Positions 1 through 7,961 of a stretch of DNA of 50,975 nucleotides are shown here, piece by piece (the first letter of the stretch is position 1; every line of letters begins with the position of its first letter). A program made the position numbers and the translations under genes. Source of the DNA: a virus (taxonomy: Duplodnaviria; Caudoviricetes); the IMG/VR virus record IMGVR_UViG_3300021178_000004, positions 1-50,975 of that record. One strand, given 5' to 3'. The notes beneath the pieces are model-generated. The model saw only the letters and a list, made by a program, of their open reading frames with translations, had not been told where the DNA came from and ran no database searches.

Positions 1-127
1 AATTCCTCGAGTATCTTTAGCCGTTATTGTGTTCATGTTGTCCTCGGTGGTGGATCGCCCATTAGCTGGGCGGTTAGGCCGCGTTGGGCGAGGGCGGCCT
101 GACGGCGCTGGCGATCAGCTAGGGCGG
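1..127. repeat. 127-bp direct terminal repeat, copy 1 (likely circular-assembly overlap)
   Basis: Identical to 50849-50975; ORFs read through the join; 127 is a common assembler k-mer length. Confidence 0.9.
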
Positions 128-293
128 CAAGGGAGACCCTTGGGTCAGAGGACATTCCCTCCTTTGGTATGTATCGGCGCCAGACAGTTCGGACATACTC
201 AGACTGACAACCGACTTCAGCAGCAATCTGTGATGAGGTCCAGCCAGGATGCTCGACACGAAGGGCTATGATTTGCTTGGTCTTCGAGGACAT
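33..293 (-). CDS. small HTH DNA-binding protein
   Basis: Start refined to MSSKTK; HTH-like WTSSQIAAEVGCQSEYVRTVWRR; C-terminal TAQLMGDPPP. Confidence 0.6.
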   Translation of the reverse strand: MSSKTKQIIALRVEHPGWTSSQIAAEVGCQSEYVRTVWRRYIPKEGMSSDPRVSLAALADRQRRQAALAQRGLTAQLMGDPPPRTT

Positions 294-298
294 AGGAT

Positions 299-502
299 TC
301 AAAAGCCAGTCCTCACATTGCGGACAGGGGTGGGCTTGCCGTGAGAGGCGAGGGAGCCGGCTGGTTCGGTTAGGATGGTAGCAGTTGAGGCAGAGAAAGA
401 GGCTTTGTTTGGAACATCGATGATAGAGCCTGTCTGAGCGATCTGCCACTGACCGTCGAGTTGCATATAGGTAGGGACGGAGAGTTGGATGCGATCAACC
501 AT
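299..502 (-). CDS. hypothetical protein
   Basis: ATG at 502 with GGAGGAGG SD; overlaps the end of the upstream gene. Confidence 0.6.
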   Translation of the reverse strand: MVDRIQLSVPTYMQLDGQWQIAQTGSIIDVPNKASFSASTATILTEPAGSLASHGKPTPVRNVRTGF

Positions 503-743
503 GAAGGGCCTCCTCCATACCAGGGCCAAGGAGCAAGGGTGGATTAATAAGCTCATCCATGATATCAATCCTTGCATGGCCAAAGAGCATGAGGTCAGTC
601 TGCATCTCAGCTACTCGACGAACCAACTCGTCCTCATGCTTCGCCAGTTCCTTGGTTGCCAGCCGACACCAGCGATGCATTTCCTTCCACTCTTGGCGGG
701 TGGTGGTTCGCTTGACCTTAGCGGGGTCGAAGTAGAGCTTCAT
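495..743 (-). CDS. hypothetical protein
   Basis: SD AGGAG; co-oriented in the late operon. Confidence 0.65.
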   Translation of the reverse strand: MKLYFDPAKVKRTTTRQEWKEMHRWCRLATKELAKHEDELVRRVAEMQTDLMLFGHARIDIMDELINPPLLLGPGMEEALHG

Positions 744-744
744 G

Positions 745-936
745 CTACGCTCCTAACAATGTCTTCTGCCCCAACTGCCCAGCCTCAGGCGTGGACCCTG
801 TGCCGAGGAAGGTAGGGAAGAAGGATTGGCGTTTGGGCTTGGAGCCGGGGGTGGTTTGGGCGCCGAACATCGGTGGGGGCGGAGGGGCGTTGGGAACCTG
901 GGGGAGGGTGCCTTGCGGCGGTGCGGCGAAGCTCAT
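745..936 (-). CDS. small Pro-rich virion-associated protein ending KTLLGA
   Basis: ATG at 936 overlaps the terminase stop; KTLLG C-terminus is typical of small proteins between terminase and portal in BPP-1/T7-like podoviruses. Confidence 0.6.
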   Translation of the reverse strand: MSFAAPPQGTLPQVPNAPPPPPMFGAQTTPGSKPKRQSFFPTFLGTGSTPEAGQLGQKTLLGA

Positions 937-2471
937 GCGGCTACAGGCTCCATCCATTCGCGACTGTATGGGTCGTATTCGCTCTCCACCATCGGCTTCT
1001 GCGGGCCTTCGCCGCCGCTATGGGCGGCCTTCGCTATAGGCAGCGCAAAGGTTTCTGCCAGCGCATCGACATCATCCGGCGAAGGCTTCCCCTCCCGCAT
1101 CATGACTTCCTTCGAGGTCAGGATGATCTCATCGCGGTTGTTGAGGGTATAGGTGATGGAGAGGAGTTGGGCTTTGAGGTCTTGGTCGAATGGGATAGCT
1201 CCGGTCTTGAGCCAGCGGCGAAGGGCACCGTACATACCCGCGCGGAGGTTAGCGAACTTTTCGCCAAGGCCATCGATGTCGGAGATGGTGTTCTTGGAGC
1301 CGAAGAGGACTTCGTAGACGAAGAGACGGAGCCTGCGGCAGTTGTCCACGACGCCACCGCCGACACCACCGCCGTCGATGAAGACAGCGTCGGCATGGAG
1401 GCGATCGGCGAGTTCGAAGGTCTTTGTCGCTAGGGCGACGGTATCGAGGCCTTGGTAGCGCTCACGATGGATGCTCCTGGCATCTCGACCCTTGCGAGGG
1501 AAGAGGACGGAGGAGTTGACCCCGAACCGTGCCACGTCAACGCCGATAGCCAAAGGAGCAGAGGGGTCTGTATGAACCTCCCGCAGCATTGCCTCTTCCA
1601 CCTCCGCTGCATTGAAGAACTCCATTTCGCCAGTTCTGGGGAACTCGCCCTTGACGCGGATGCGAACGAAGTCGGAATCGTCGCCATAGGCTTCTATCCA
1701 GCGGCGGATTTGTTCTTTGTTGGTGAAGGAGACCGTACGCGAATCAACCTTGTTGAAATGCCAGTATGCTCCAAACCTACCTCCAGGGGCACACTCTCTA
1801 AAGCGTCCTGTGTTGCGAGTAGGATTTCCAAACACGCACCAGATGATCTGGGTGTTGGCATCGGTGAGGGCTCCTTCGGTAGTCTCCCAGATCAGGTCCG
1901 GGATGGCTGAGGCCTCGTCGAAGATGACGATAATTCGGCGGCCTTGGTTGTGGAGTCCGGCAAATGCCTCGGTGTTCCGCTCGGACCACGGGACCATATC
2001 GATTCGCCAGGTCTTCTCGTCCTCGATCGTCCCGCCTTTGTAGAAGATCGCTGTGGCGGTGAACTCGAACATGGCCTTGCCGATGAACATCGAGAACCAC
2101 TTCCCGAGTTCGGGCCAGGTCTTTGTCTTCAGCTGGGTCTCTGTGTTGGCGGTAACGACGCCACGGGTATGCGGGAAGGTGGAGATGCCCCAGATGATGA
2201 TCCAGGCGACGAGGGCAGATTTACCTACACCATGGCCTGAGGCGGTGGCTTCTTGGATGGCCATAGAGATGACGGTATCGACACTGTAGCCAGCGCGAAG
2301 GCGTTCACCAATTCTGGTGAGGACCCCAGCTTGCCAGTCCTCAGGGCCTTCATCTTTCTCGATCGGGGTGTCGGGCTCGCCCCAAGGGAAAGCCCCATAG
2401 ACGAAGCCAAGGGGATCGAGGGAGACCTCGCCGAGCCATTCGGTTAGGGTTGGCTGGGAGGGGGCTAGCAC
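933..2471 (-). CDS. terL: terminase large subunit
   Basis: Walker A ASGHGVGKS, Walker B IIVIFDEAS, GNPTRNTG coupling motif, RNase H-like GVDVARFG, C-terminal SPDDVDALA. Confidence 0.97.
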   Translation of the reverse strand: MLAPSQPTLTEWLGEVSLDPLGFVYGAFPWGEPDTPIEKDEGPEDWQAGVLTRIGERLRAGYSVDTVISMAIQEATASGHGVGKSALVAWIIIWGISTFPHTRGVVTANTETQLKTKTWPELGKWFSMFIGKAMFEFTATAIFYKGGTIEDEKTWRIDMVPWSERNTEAFAGLHNQGRRIIVIFDEASAIPDLIWETTEGALTDANTQIIWCVFGNPTRNTGRFRECAPGGRFGAYWHFNKVDSRTVSFTNKEQIRRWIEAYGDDSDFVRIRVKGEFPRTGEMEFFNAAEVEEAMLREVHTDPSAPLAIGVDVARFGVNSSVLFPRKGRDARSIHRERYQGLDTVALATKTFELADRLHADAVFIDGGGVGGGVVDNCRRLRLFVYEVLFGSKNTISDIDGLGEKFANLRAGMYGALRRWLKTGAIPFDQDLKAQLLSITYTLNNRDEIILTSKEVMMREGKPSPDDVDALAETFALPIAKAAHSGGEGPQKPMVESEYDPYSREWMEPVAA

Positions 2472-2737
2472 GTTGGCTCGTAGGTTGCTTGAGTGAGCCT
2501 ACCAACTATGATTGGCCCGTAATCAGAACCGTAGTTATAGCCATGGGTCATACCTAGCTGCTCATAGGTAGCTTGGCCATTGATGCACTCGATTCGGATA
2601 TCGCTATTGGCCATGACGTGTAGGGTACTGGAGTACAGCAAGGCCTCATGAATCTCAATTATAGTTGGCCAAGGCTCGGCTGCTTCGATACCATCCGGGT
2701 ACCAGTTGAAGAGCATAAGATGGTCTCGATTGCTCAT
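2465..2737 (-). CDS. hypothetical protein
   Basis: 90-aa ORF overlapping both the small and large terminase genes. Confidence 0.6.
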   Translation of the reverse strand: MSNRDHLMLFNWYPDGIEAAEPWPTIIEIHEALLYSSTLHVMANSDIRIECINGQATYEQLGMTHGYNYGSDYGPIIVGRLTQATYEPTC

Positions 2738-3468
2738 GCAGTCCTACGAGTGACCAGCCCCGGCTGGGTCGAAGGGGGTTGGAGGGCCGGGGCTGGTCTC
2801 ACGACAGAGGGAGGCGAACTGTCGTGAATTAGAACTGGCCGGGGCGAGGCTGACACGGCCTCCTTCCCGTTTCCGGAAGCCCCGGCCAGAGCATCACCAA
2901 GGAGAGTCGGCGGACTCACTGGTGCTGCGGGGGGAGAGTGTTCGATGACCTTCAGGCGGCTGCGCTGAACGGCCTTCTGGAGTTGAGAGGCGAAGTCAAC
3001 GTTGACGTTGAGGGCAACGGATCGCTTGGCGAGGCCAACGCGGTCTGCGGCATCGCGGGAGGCCTTGAGCAAGACGGCCCAGGGGATGTCGTCGTCCTCG
3101 GCATCGAGGGCCGCGTCGAGCTTGTCAGCAATCAGCTGCTCGGCCTTCATGCCGTTGGTGAGGATTAGGTTGTTGTATTCGCTGATGGTGTCGGCGGCGT
3201 TGGCCTCGATCAGGCCGAGCTTCGCAGCGATCAGTTCCTTGAAGGCCGGATCGACCTTGAGGGTCTCGATACGGGATTGGCTGTAGCCAGTGAGGACTCC
3301 GATATCGTGGACGGGCAATCCGGTGGCCACCAGCAAGGCAAGCCGGTGATGCGCATGGCGTAGCCGCCGCACCGCCGGCAGCCTCGCCCGCTTCAGGCCT
3401 TTAACGTCTTCGGCTGTGAGTTCTCTGATTCCGAGAACCTCGTAGCCTCGTCCTCTGACTCCTGCCAT
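2734..3468 (-). CDS. probable terminase small subunit (HTH)
   Basis: HTH-like LRHAHHRLALLVATGLPVHDIGVLTGYSQSRIETLKVDPAF followed by helical region; two genes upstream of terL; start refined to ATG 3468. Confidence 0.7.
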   Translation of the reverse strand: MAGVRGRGYEVLGIRELTAEDVKGLKRARLPAVRRLRHAHHRLALLVATGLPVHDIGVLTGYSQSRIETLKVDPAFKELIAAKLGLIEANAADTISEYNNLILTNGMKAEQLIADKLDAALDAEDDDIPWAVLLKASRDAADRVGLAKRSVALNVNVDFASQLQKAVQRSRLKVIEHSPPAAPVSPPTLLGDALAGASGNGKEAVSASPRPVLIHDSSPPSVVRPAPALQPPSTQPGLVTRRTA

Positions 3469-3563
3469 GGCCTTTCCAAGAATTGTAGCTTCGCCAGCGT
3501 CGGCTTGACTCTGCGGTCTCGGTCCCGCCGGAACTCCCGCTCGGTATCGCGCCAATGCCGCAA
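3393..3563 (-). CDS. small hypothetical protein (TTG start)
   Basis: Manual translation MRHWRDTEREFRRDRDRRVKPTLAKLQFLERPW...; GAGGA upstream; overlaps the terS start. Confidence 0.35.
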   Translation of the reverse strand: MRHWRDTEREFRRDRDRRVKPTLAKLQFLERPWQESEDEATRFSESENSQPKTLKA

Positions 3564-3564
3564 G

Positions 3565-3726
3565 CTATCCTCGTAATGCTGCTACGATGCATCGCCAACC
3601 TAGGCTTAGCATCTCACCTCGGCTCATCCGCCAGCGTGTGCTAACCTCAGGGTTGAGATCATGGATATACAGCAACCCGTCATTATACTTCACGTGCGGA
3701 CCAGTCGGATGCCAGAACAAAGTCAT
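3565..3726 (-). CDS. small hypothetical protein (53 aa)
   Basis: Manual translation MTLFWHPTGPHVKYNDGLLYIHDLNPEVSTRWRMSRGEMLSLGWRCIVAALRG; SD GGAGG. Confidence 0.65.
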   Translation of the reverse strand: MTLFWHPTGPHVKYNDGLLYIHDLNPEVSTRWRMSRGEMLSLGWRCIVAALRG

Positions 3727-4074
3727 TCTCGCCTCCACTTACTCCATCATCCCGCATTCTCCTACAACCCTCGCCTGAATTCAACCACTATCTTCACTCC
3801 AACGACCACCTTTATAGCTCTCAAAGGTATGGGCGTGAAGTTTCACATCATTTGCGCGGACAAGGACGCCCCCGCGCGAGAGGCCGGACTTTTGGCCCCA
3901 CCCCCGTCAAGAGTGGCTGGAGGGACATAGTGTGGCGGCGAGGCCACAGTTGCGTGGGGCGCATGGGTGCTATGCGAAATGAGCGTGCGGTTGGCCATAA
4001 TTCGGCCGCAATCGGGGCGGACCATTGGCGGGTCGATTGGCGGGGGATGGCCCCGCGAGACATAGGAGGCTAAG

Positions 4075-4374
4075 ATGGCGGACAACGAATACGTGAACAT
4101 CAGCGTCGAGGATTTCAGCGAGACGGTCCAGGCCCTCGCCGCGATCGATCGCGAGATGTACAAGGCGCACAAGGCGCACAAGGCGAAGCTCTTGGCGGCA
4201 ATCCAGGCCGAAGTGCCGATGCCGCTCGGGAAAGAGATTAAGTACACGGCCTACACGCGGTGGGGCCAATGGCAGATGGTCGTCGGCGACAAGGCCGTGG
4301 TCAAGCAGGCGAGCAATCGCCCAAGCTTGGCGGACTTCCTGGCCCAGCAACAGGCACATGGGAGGGCAGTCTAA
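4075..4374 (+). CDS. first early hypothetical protein
   Basis: Strong SD TAGGAGG; GC3-rich codon usage. Confidence 0.8.
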   Translation: MADNEYVNISVEDFSETVQALAAIDREMYKAHKAHKAKLLAAIQAEVPMPLGKEIKYTAYTRWGQWQMVVGDKAVVKQASNRPSLADFLAQQQAHGRAV

Positions 4375-4458
4375 ATGGCAGCCTATTTCTTCATGGGCGG
4401 GATAAGCGGGGCAGTGTTTACTCTTATCCTAGTCGGGCTAGTATTGCGCCGTTCCTAG
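4375..4458 (+). CDS. 27-aa single-TM peptide
   Basis: MAAYFFMGGISGAVFTLILVGLVLRRS; SD GGGAGG; starts right after the upstream stop. Confidence 0.5.
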   Translation: MAAYFFMGGISGAVFTLILVGLVLRRS

Positions 4459-4516
4459 TCCGTTCCAAATCGGCCAGCGAAGCCCGCTGGCGCATTCAGG
4501 GCCGTTGGGGATAGCA

Positions 4517-4863
4517 CCCTAGCGGCCCTTTCCATTTATAGGGCCAGTGGCTTCGCCAAGCCCGGCAACATGCCCTGCAACTCCCGTGATCGCCCCGTGC
4601 TCTCGCTCTCCGGCCCCCCTGGCCTTCCCCTCACTCGCTCAATCTGTCCGACCCTGGCTTGGCTTCCAAAGCCTTGGTCCTCGCGTCCTGGCTTAAGCTG
4701 GCTTGCTTCCAAAATTATTTTTGAACCGTTTAGACCAACCAAGGCCCCAGGACCGGCTTCAAGGCTTGGTCCAAGCCAAGGGCCAAGGCCACCCTGGGAC
4801 AGATTGAGCGAGTTAGGGGGCGGTTAGAGGGGAAGCAGGGCGTGCCAATGGGAAGGCTAGGGG
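4517..4863 (+). other. long nested inverted-repeat element (candidate origin or large structured ncRNA)
   Basis: Perfect 17-bp IR 4633-4649/4797-4813 plus nested pairs 4655-4662/4771-4778, 4669-4676/4760-4767, 4685-4691/4747-4753 around AT-rich core AAAATTATTTTT (4711-4722); further outer stems. Confidence 0.7.
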
Positions 4864-4881
4864 AACCGTAGCGGAATGGGA

Positions 4882-4910
4882 TTGATTTAACCTGCGATCT
4901 GTGGTACAAT
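4882..4910 (+). promoter_or_regulatory. sigma70-like early promoter P1
   Basis: TTGATT-17nt-TACAAT with TG upstream of the -10. Confidence 0.75.
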
Positions 4911-4996
4911 CTAACCTACAATGGAGAAAGGCGATGGACTGCGCATGCAAGTTCGTGTCGAAAGCTGGCGCAGCCACGAGCTAGAGGACCGAGAGC

Positions 4997-5311
4997 ATGA
5001 TACCGCAATGGAGAATGCTACATCCAAGGATGACCGAGGAGCATCTTGGGCTGTTACCTGCAATGCTGGATACGCTTGACCCTGCATCGGCGCGGGAGCA
5101 GCTTCACAGAGGCTACTCTCATGGTGGCGGCTGGAGGCCATTCAAGGGCTGCAAGCTCAACGACGACAACAGCCTAAGCTATCCTGGTGATCCTGATACC
5201 ATGCCGATGGCTCAAGCCCAACTCGGCGATGAGCTAATAGTCTTCTACCAGCACGCTTGGGTCGCTGTGATCCAGCCGGATAGAAGCTATGAAGTCTGTA
5301 GAATGGACTAG
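4997..5311 (+). CDS. hypothetical protein
   Basis: 104-aa ORF downstream of P1, GAGG/GAG upstream. Confidence 0.75.
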   Translation: MIPQWRMLHPRMTEEHLGLLPAMLDTLDPASAREQLHRGYSHGGGWRPFKGCKLNDDNSLSYPGDPDTMPMAQAQLGDELIVFYQHAWVAVIQPDRSYEVCRMD

Positions 5312-5315
5312 AGCC

Positions 5316-5528
5316 ATGACCTCAACCGACCCTGACGTAACAGCAGCTATCAGAGAGGACAACGGTCTATACGACCTGGGCTGGTATCTAGGCTGGAACC
5401 CTACCTGCAAGCACGCTACCCTTGATGGCAAGTTCACCGCCAAGCAACTGCGAGCAATCGCGGATCATATGGATAAATATCGACTGCTTGGCGGTCACGA
5501 AATCGTGAACCCGATCACGCGATCGTGA
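5316..5528 (+). CDS. hypothetical protein
   Basis: Start refined to MTSTDP, 4 nt after the upstream stop. Confidence 0.65.
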   Translation: MTSTDPDVTAAIREDNGLYDLGWYLGWNPTCKHATLDGKFTAKQLRAIADHMDKYRLLGGHEIVNPITRS

Positions 5529-5529
5529 A

Positions 5530-5558
5530 TAGACACAGGCTCTGGCCTGTGCTACACT
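5530..5558 (+). promoter_or_regulatory. sigma70-like promoter P3 with palindromic spacer
   Basis: TAGACA-17nt-TACACT; CACAGGC-tctg-GCCTGTG palindrome at 5534-5551. Confidence 0.65.
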
Positions 5559-5564
5559 ACCCCT

Positions 5565-5755
5565 AACAAGTCGGCAACCCCTCCCCACCTAATCCGGGCC
5601 TGATCCCGGTAGCTGCGCCAAGAGCAAGGTCTCGCGTAGCTCTTGGCGCAGTGGATTGTACCGCCAAGTTTCACTGAAGGTGTGACTTGCCCGTGCAATC
5701 CCGCTAGCACGGCTGACTAGCCTAGCAACCTAGCAGCCAAATCAGCGGCTAACTG
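5565..5755 (+). ncRNA. candidate structured leader or ncRNA (four hairpins)
   Basis: Stems 5594-5598/5605-5609, perfect 13 bp 5613-5625/5639-5651, 5653-5661/5693-5701 with inner 5665-5669/5685-5689, and 5712-5716/5742-5746. Confidence 0.5.
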
Positions 5756-5764
5756 GAGAAGACA

Positions 5765-6421
5765 ATGGCTGGAATCCTACAATCCGGCGTAGACGGCAAA
5801 CACGGTAAAGGCGATATCTACGCTATCGCCATTACTAAGGCCAAGAAGGAGCTTGAGATCAACACAGGCGACCTTCCTGCTGAAGCTTTCATTGAAATCG
5901 TCGCCCTCGGCCTGAAGACCTTCCTCAACAAGGGCATGGGGGACGTGAAGACAAAGGACTTGGAAGGCGAAGCTCTTGCGAAGTCCCAAGAGCAAGCCCT
6001 GAAGTTCGCCAATGAGAACCTCGCTAAGCTGCTCTCTGGTGATTTCAAGCGCAGCGCAAGCAAGGCTGCCAAGGTCGCTGGCAAGGTCATGACCGAGGCC
6101 AAGCGCCTTGCTCGTAACTTCATCAAAGATACCCTGAAGGCCCAAGGCCATAAGGTCAGCCACTACCCTGCGGCTGAGATCACCAAAGCCGCAGTTGCTA
6201 CCATCGAGGCCGATCCATCCTGGATTAGGATGGCCGAGGAATCCCTCGCCCAAGCGGCTAAGCAGAAGACCACCGTGGATATCTCCGCTATCAAGGTGGA
6301 CCCGAAGCTCGTCGCGAAGGCGGAGAGCAAGAGGAAGGACAAGCCTCTGTCTGCAACGCAGGCTGGGATCGCCGCTCCCCGTGCTCGGCCGCAAGGCGGG
6401 ATCGGCGGGCGGCCTCACTAA
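5765..6421 (+). CDS. Lys/Ala-rich basic hypothetical protein
   Basis: SD GGAG; strongly biased codons; 218 aa. Confidence 0.85.
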   Translation: MAGILQSGVDGKHGKGDIYAIAITKAKKELEINTGDLPAEAFIEIVALGLKTFLNKGMGDVKTKDLEGEALAKSQEQALKFANENLAKLLSGDFKRSASKAAKVAGKVMTEAKRLARNFIKDTLKAQGHKVSHYPAAEITKAAVATIEADPSWIRMAEESLAQAAKQKTTVDISAIKVDPKLVAKAESKRKDKPLSATQAGIAAPRARPQGGIGGRPH

Positions 6422-6438
6422 CTAGCGCCAGCAGCGCA

Positions 6439-6544
6439 CCCATGCGTAGCAATGAGCGAGGGCATACCGGACGGACCGGCTCCTATGCTCAGGATACGCA
6501 TGGGATTTCTCTAACAGGGAGGGGGAGCAAGTCTTCCCCTCCCT
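6439..6544 (+). other. structured intergenic element (long hairpin plus GC-rich hairpin)
   Basis: CCCATGCGTA/TACGCATGGG (6439-6448/6495-6504) with inner stems; 12-bp stem 6516-6527/6533-6544. Confidence 0.6.
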
Positions 6545-6552
6545 TCGAGGCA

Positions 6553-6735
6553 ATGAGAATGAGAAAAATCGTGCTTGAAGTGCCCTCTACAATAGCAGAA
6601 GCTCGCCAAGAACTGCTTAACCGCTTAGCAAGCTTAGGCTGGAAAGAGGATTACTTTACAAAGCAGGAACTAGATCAAGCAGCAAAGGATTTGCTTGATA
6701 GCTACAACCAACATGAACCCCTAACCCAGGGGTAA
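6553..6735 (+). CDS. hypothetical protein
   Basis: Start refined to ATG after GAGG, downstream of the hairpins. Confidence 0.55.
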   Translation: MRMRKIVLEVPSTIAEARQELLNRLASLGWKEDYFTKQELDQAAKDLLDSYNQHEPLTQG

Positions 6736-6738
6736 AGA

Positions 6739-7605
6739 ATGGGCATACAACGGTTCAAGTGCCCCTACTGTGGAAGCTGGCGCAGTCTTCTATCCCTACG
6801 ATACCATCTGCGTCGAGTTCACGGTATCCACAACCCCAACATCTCTGGTGAAGGCAACTACACCAGGGTTATCACTTACCCCCAACCAAGGAACGGAACC
6901 ATGAGCACAGACATTGCTCCCGTCACGGAGGCAGAAATGGCCACCTGGACCCAGCGTCTTATGACCACGGTGGTAGGCTACTCGAAGCAATCCGCAGAGC
7001 TTGAAGAGATCAAGCAGCGGGTTAATTCCCTCTACGACCAAGTCTCTCAGCTTCGAGGCGAGAATGCTACGCTGAAAACTGAGCGTGATGATGCTCTTCA
7101 GCTTGCTGTGGAGAACGAAACCCGCCTCAACGATGCTCGGCGGCATCGGGATGACCTCGAACACCGCGTCATCTCCCTCAACGAGACTATCATCTCCCGC
7201 GACAGCAAGGTCCGAGAACTCGAAGGTCTCCTCACCTCCGCTCGGCTGGACTCCGAGGACTGGCAACGGAAGCACAGCTACTCTGAAGGAGTGATCAACG
7301 ATCTCCGAGGCCAGCTTACTGTCGTTCGCGAACGTCGAGACCACTACCGCGACCGTGCTGAGGCGGCCGAGGCGGAGTTAACCGATACCAAGGCCAAGCT
7401 CCAGAAGGTCGTCGAGCAGATGACGACTATGAGCGATATCTTGGGGATTGTGAAGCAGGCGCAGGAGGTAGGGCCTACACTTCAAGAAGTGGTCGATCTC
7501 ACTAAGCCCATTGAGCCGGCTCCTGAGCCCGTTAAGGCCCAAGAGCCCTCCAAGCCCTGGTGGGAAAAGGACAAGCCGGAGGCCATCAACGATCTTCCGT
7601 TCTAA
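6739..7605 (+). CDS. coiled-coil protein with N-terminal C2H2-type zinc finger (possible internal start at 6901)
   Basis: CPYC-x11-H-x4-H at N-terminus; long heptad region; ends DLPF; AAGGA upstream of ATG 6901. Confidence 0.75.
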   Translation: MGIQRFKCPYCGSWRSLLSLRYHLRRVHGIHNPNISGEGNYTRVITYPQPRNGTMSTDIAPVTEAEMATWTQRLMTTVVGYSKQSAELEEIKQRVNSLYDQVSQLRGENATLKTERDDALQLAVENETRLNDARRHRDDLEHRVISLNETIISRDSKVRELEGLLTSARLDSEDWQRKHSYSEGVINDLRGQLTVVRERRDHYRDRAEAAEAELTDTKAKLQKVVEQMTTMSDILGIVKQAQEVGPTLQEVVDLTKPIEPAPEPVKAQEPSKPWWEKDKPEAINDLPF

Positions 7606-7612
7606 CCAGAAG

Positions 7613-7642
7613 GAGGGGCATAGGAAACAGCCTATGCCCCTC
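7613..7642 (+). promoter_or_regulatory. perfect 12-bp hairpin between SD and start codon
   Basis: GAGGGGCATAGG-aaacag-CCTATGCCCCTC; AGGAGG at 7611-7616, ATG at 7650. Confidence 0.6.
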
Positions 7643-7649
7643 TATCCCT

Positions 7650-7961
7650 ATGAGCAACAAGTACATCCTAGAAGGCCGCGAAACTCGACCAGTCAGCTTA
7701 GAGGAATGGGCAAAGTGGTTTGAGACTGGCAATCGAAGGGTTGGCCAAGATACAGTCGGCGACAAGCTAGTGAGCACAGTATTCCTTGGACTAGACCATA
7801 GCTTCGGCGAGCCACGACCAATCCTCTTCGAGACTATGGTATTCCCTCACGGTAGCTGGTCTGAGGAATACTGTGCTAGGTACTCAACCTATAATGAAGC
7901 CGAAGCTGGCCACAAGGCCGTGGTCGAGGCTTTACAGAAAGGAGAACCCCTCCCATGCTAG
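7650..7961 (+). CDS. conserved-type phage hypothetical protein
   Basis: VSTVFLGLDH...LFETMVF motif familiar from phage early proteins. Confidence 0.8.
   Translation: MSNKYILEGRETRPVSLEEWAKWFETGNRRVGQDTVGDKLVSTVFLGLDHSFGEPRPILFETMVFPHGSWSEEYCARYSTYNEAEAGHKAVVEALQKGEPLPC

Noticed and set aside
1-127. 127-bp terminal repeat as a biological DTR
   Set aside because: Length matches a common assembler k-mer and the repeat falls inside coupled late genes; best read as circular-assembly overlap
4650-4790. Short CCAAG/CTTGG repeats as a CRISPR or guide array
   Set aside because: Units are 5-8 nt, irregularly spaced and inverted about a centre; no repeat-spacer periodicity
5777-6418. 213-aa antisense ORF, and similar ones at 6796-7344, 42767-43678, 45663-46430 and 48476-49177
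   Set aside because: Shadow ORFs produced by biased codon usage of the real gene on the opposite strand; no SD or motifs
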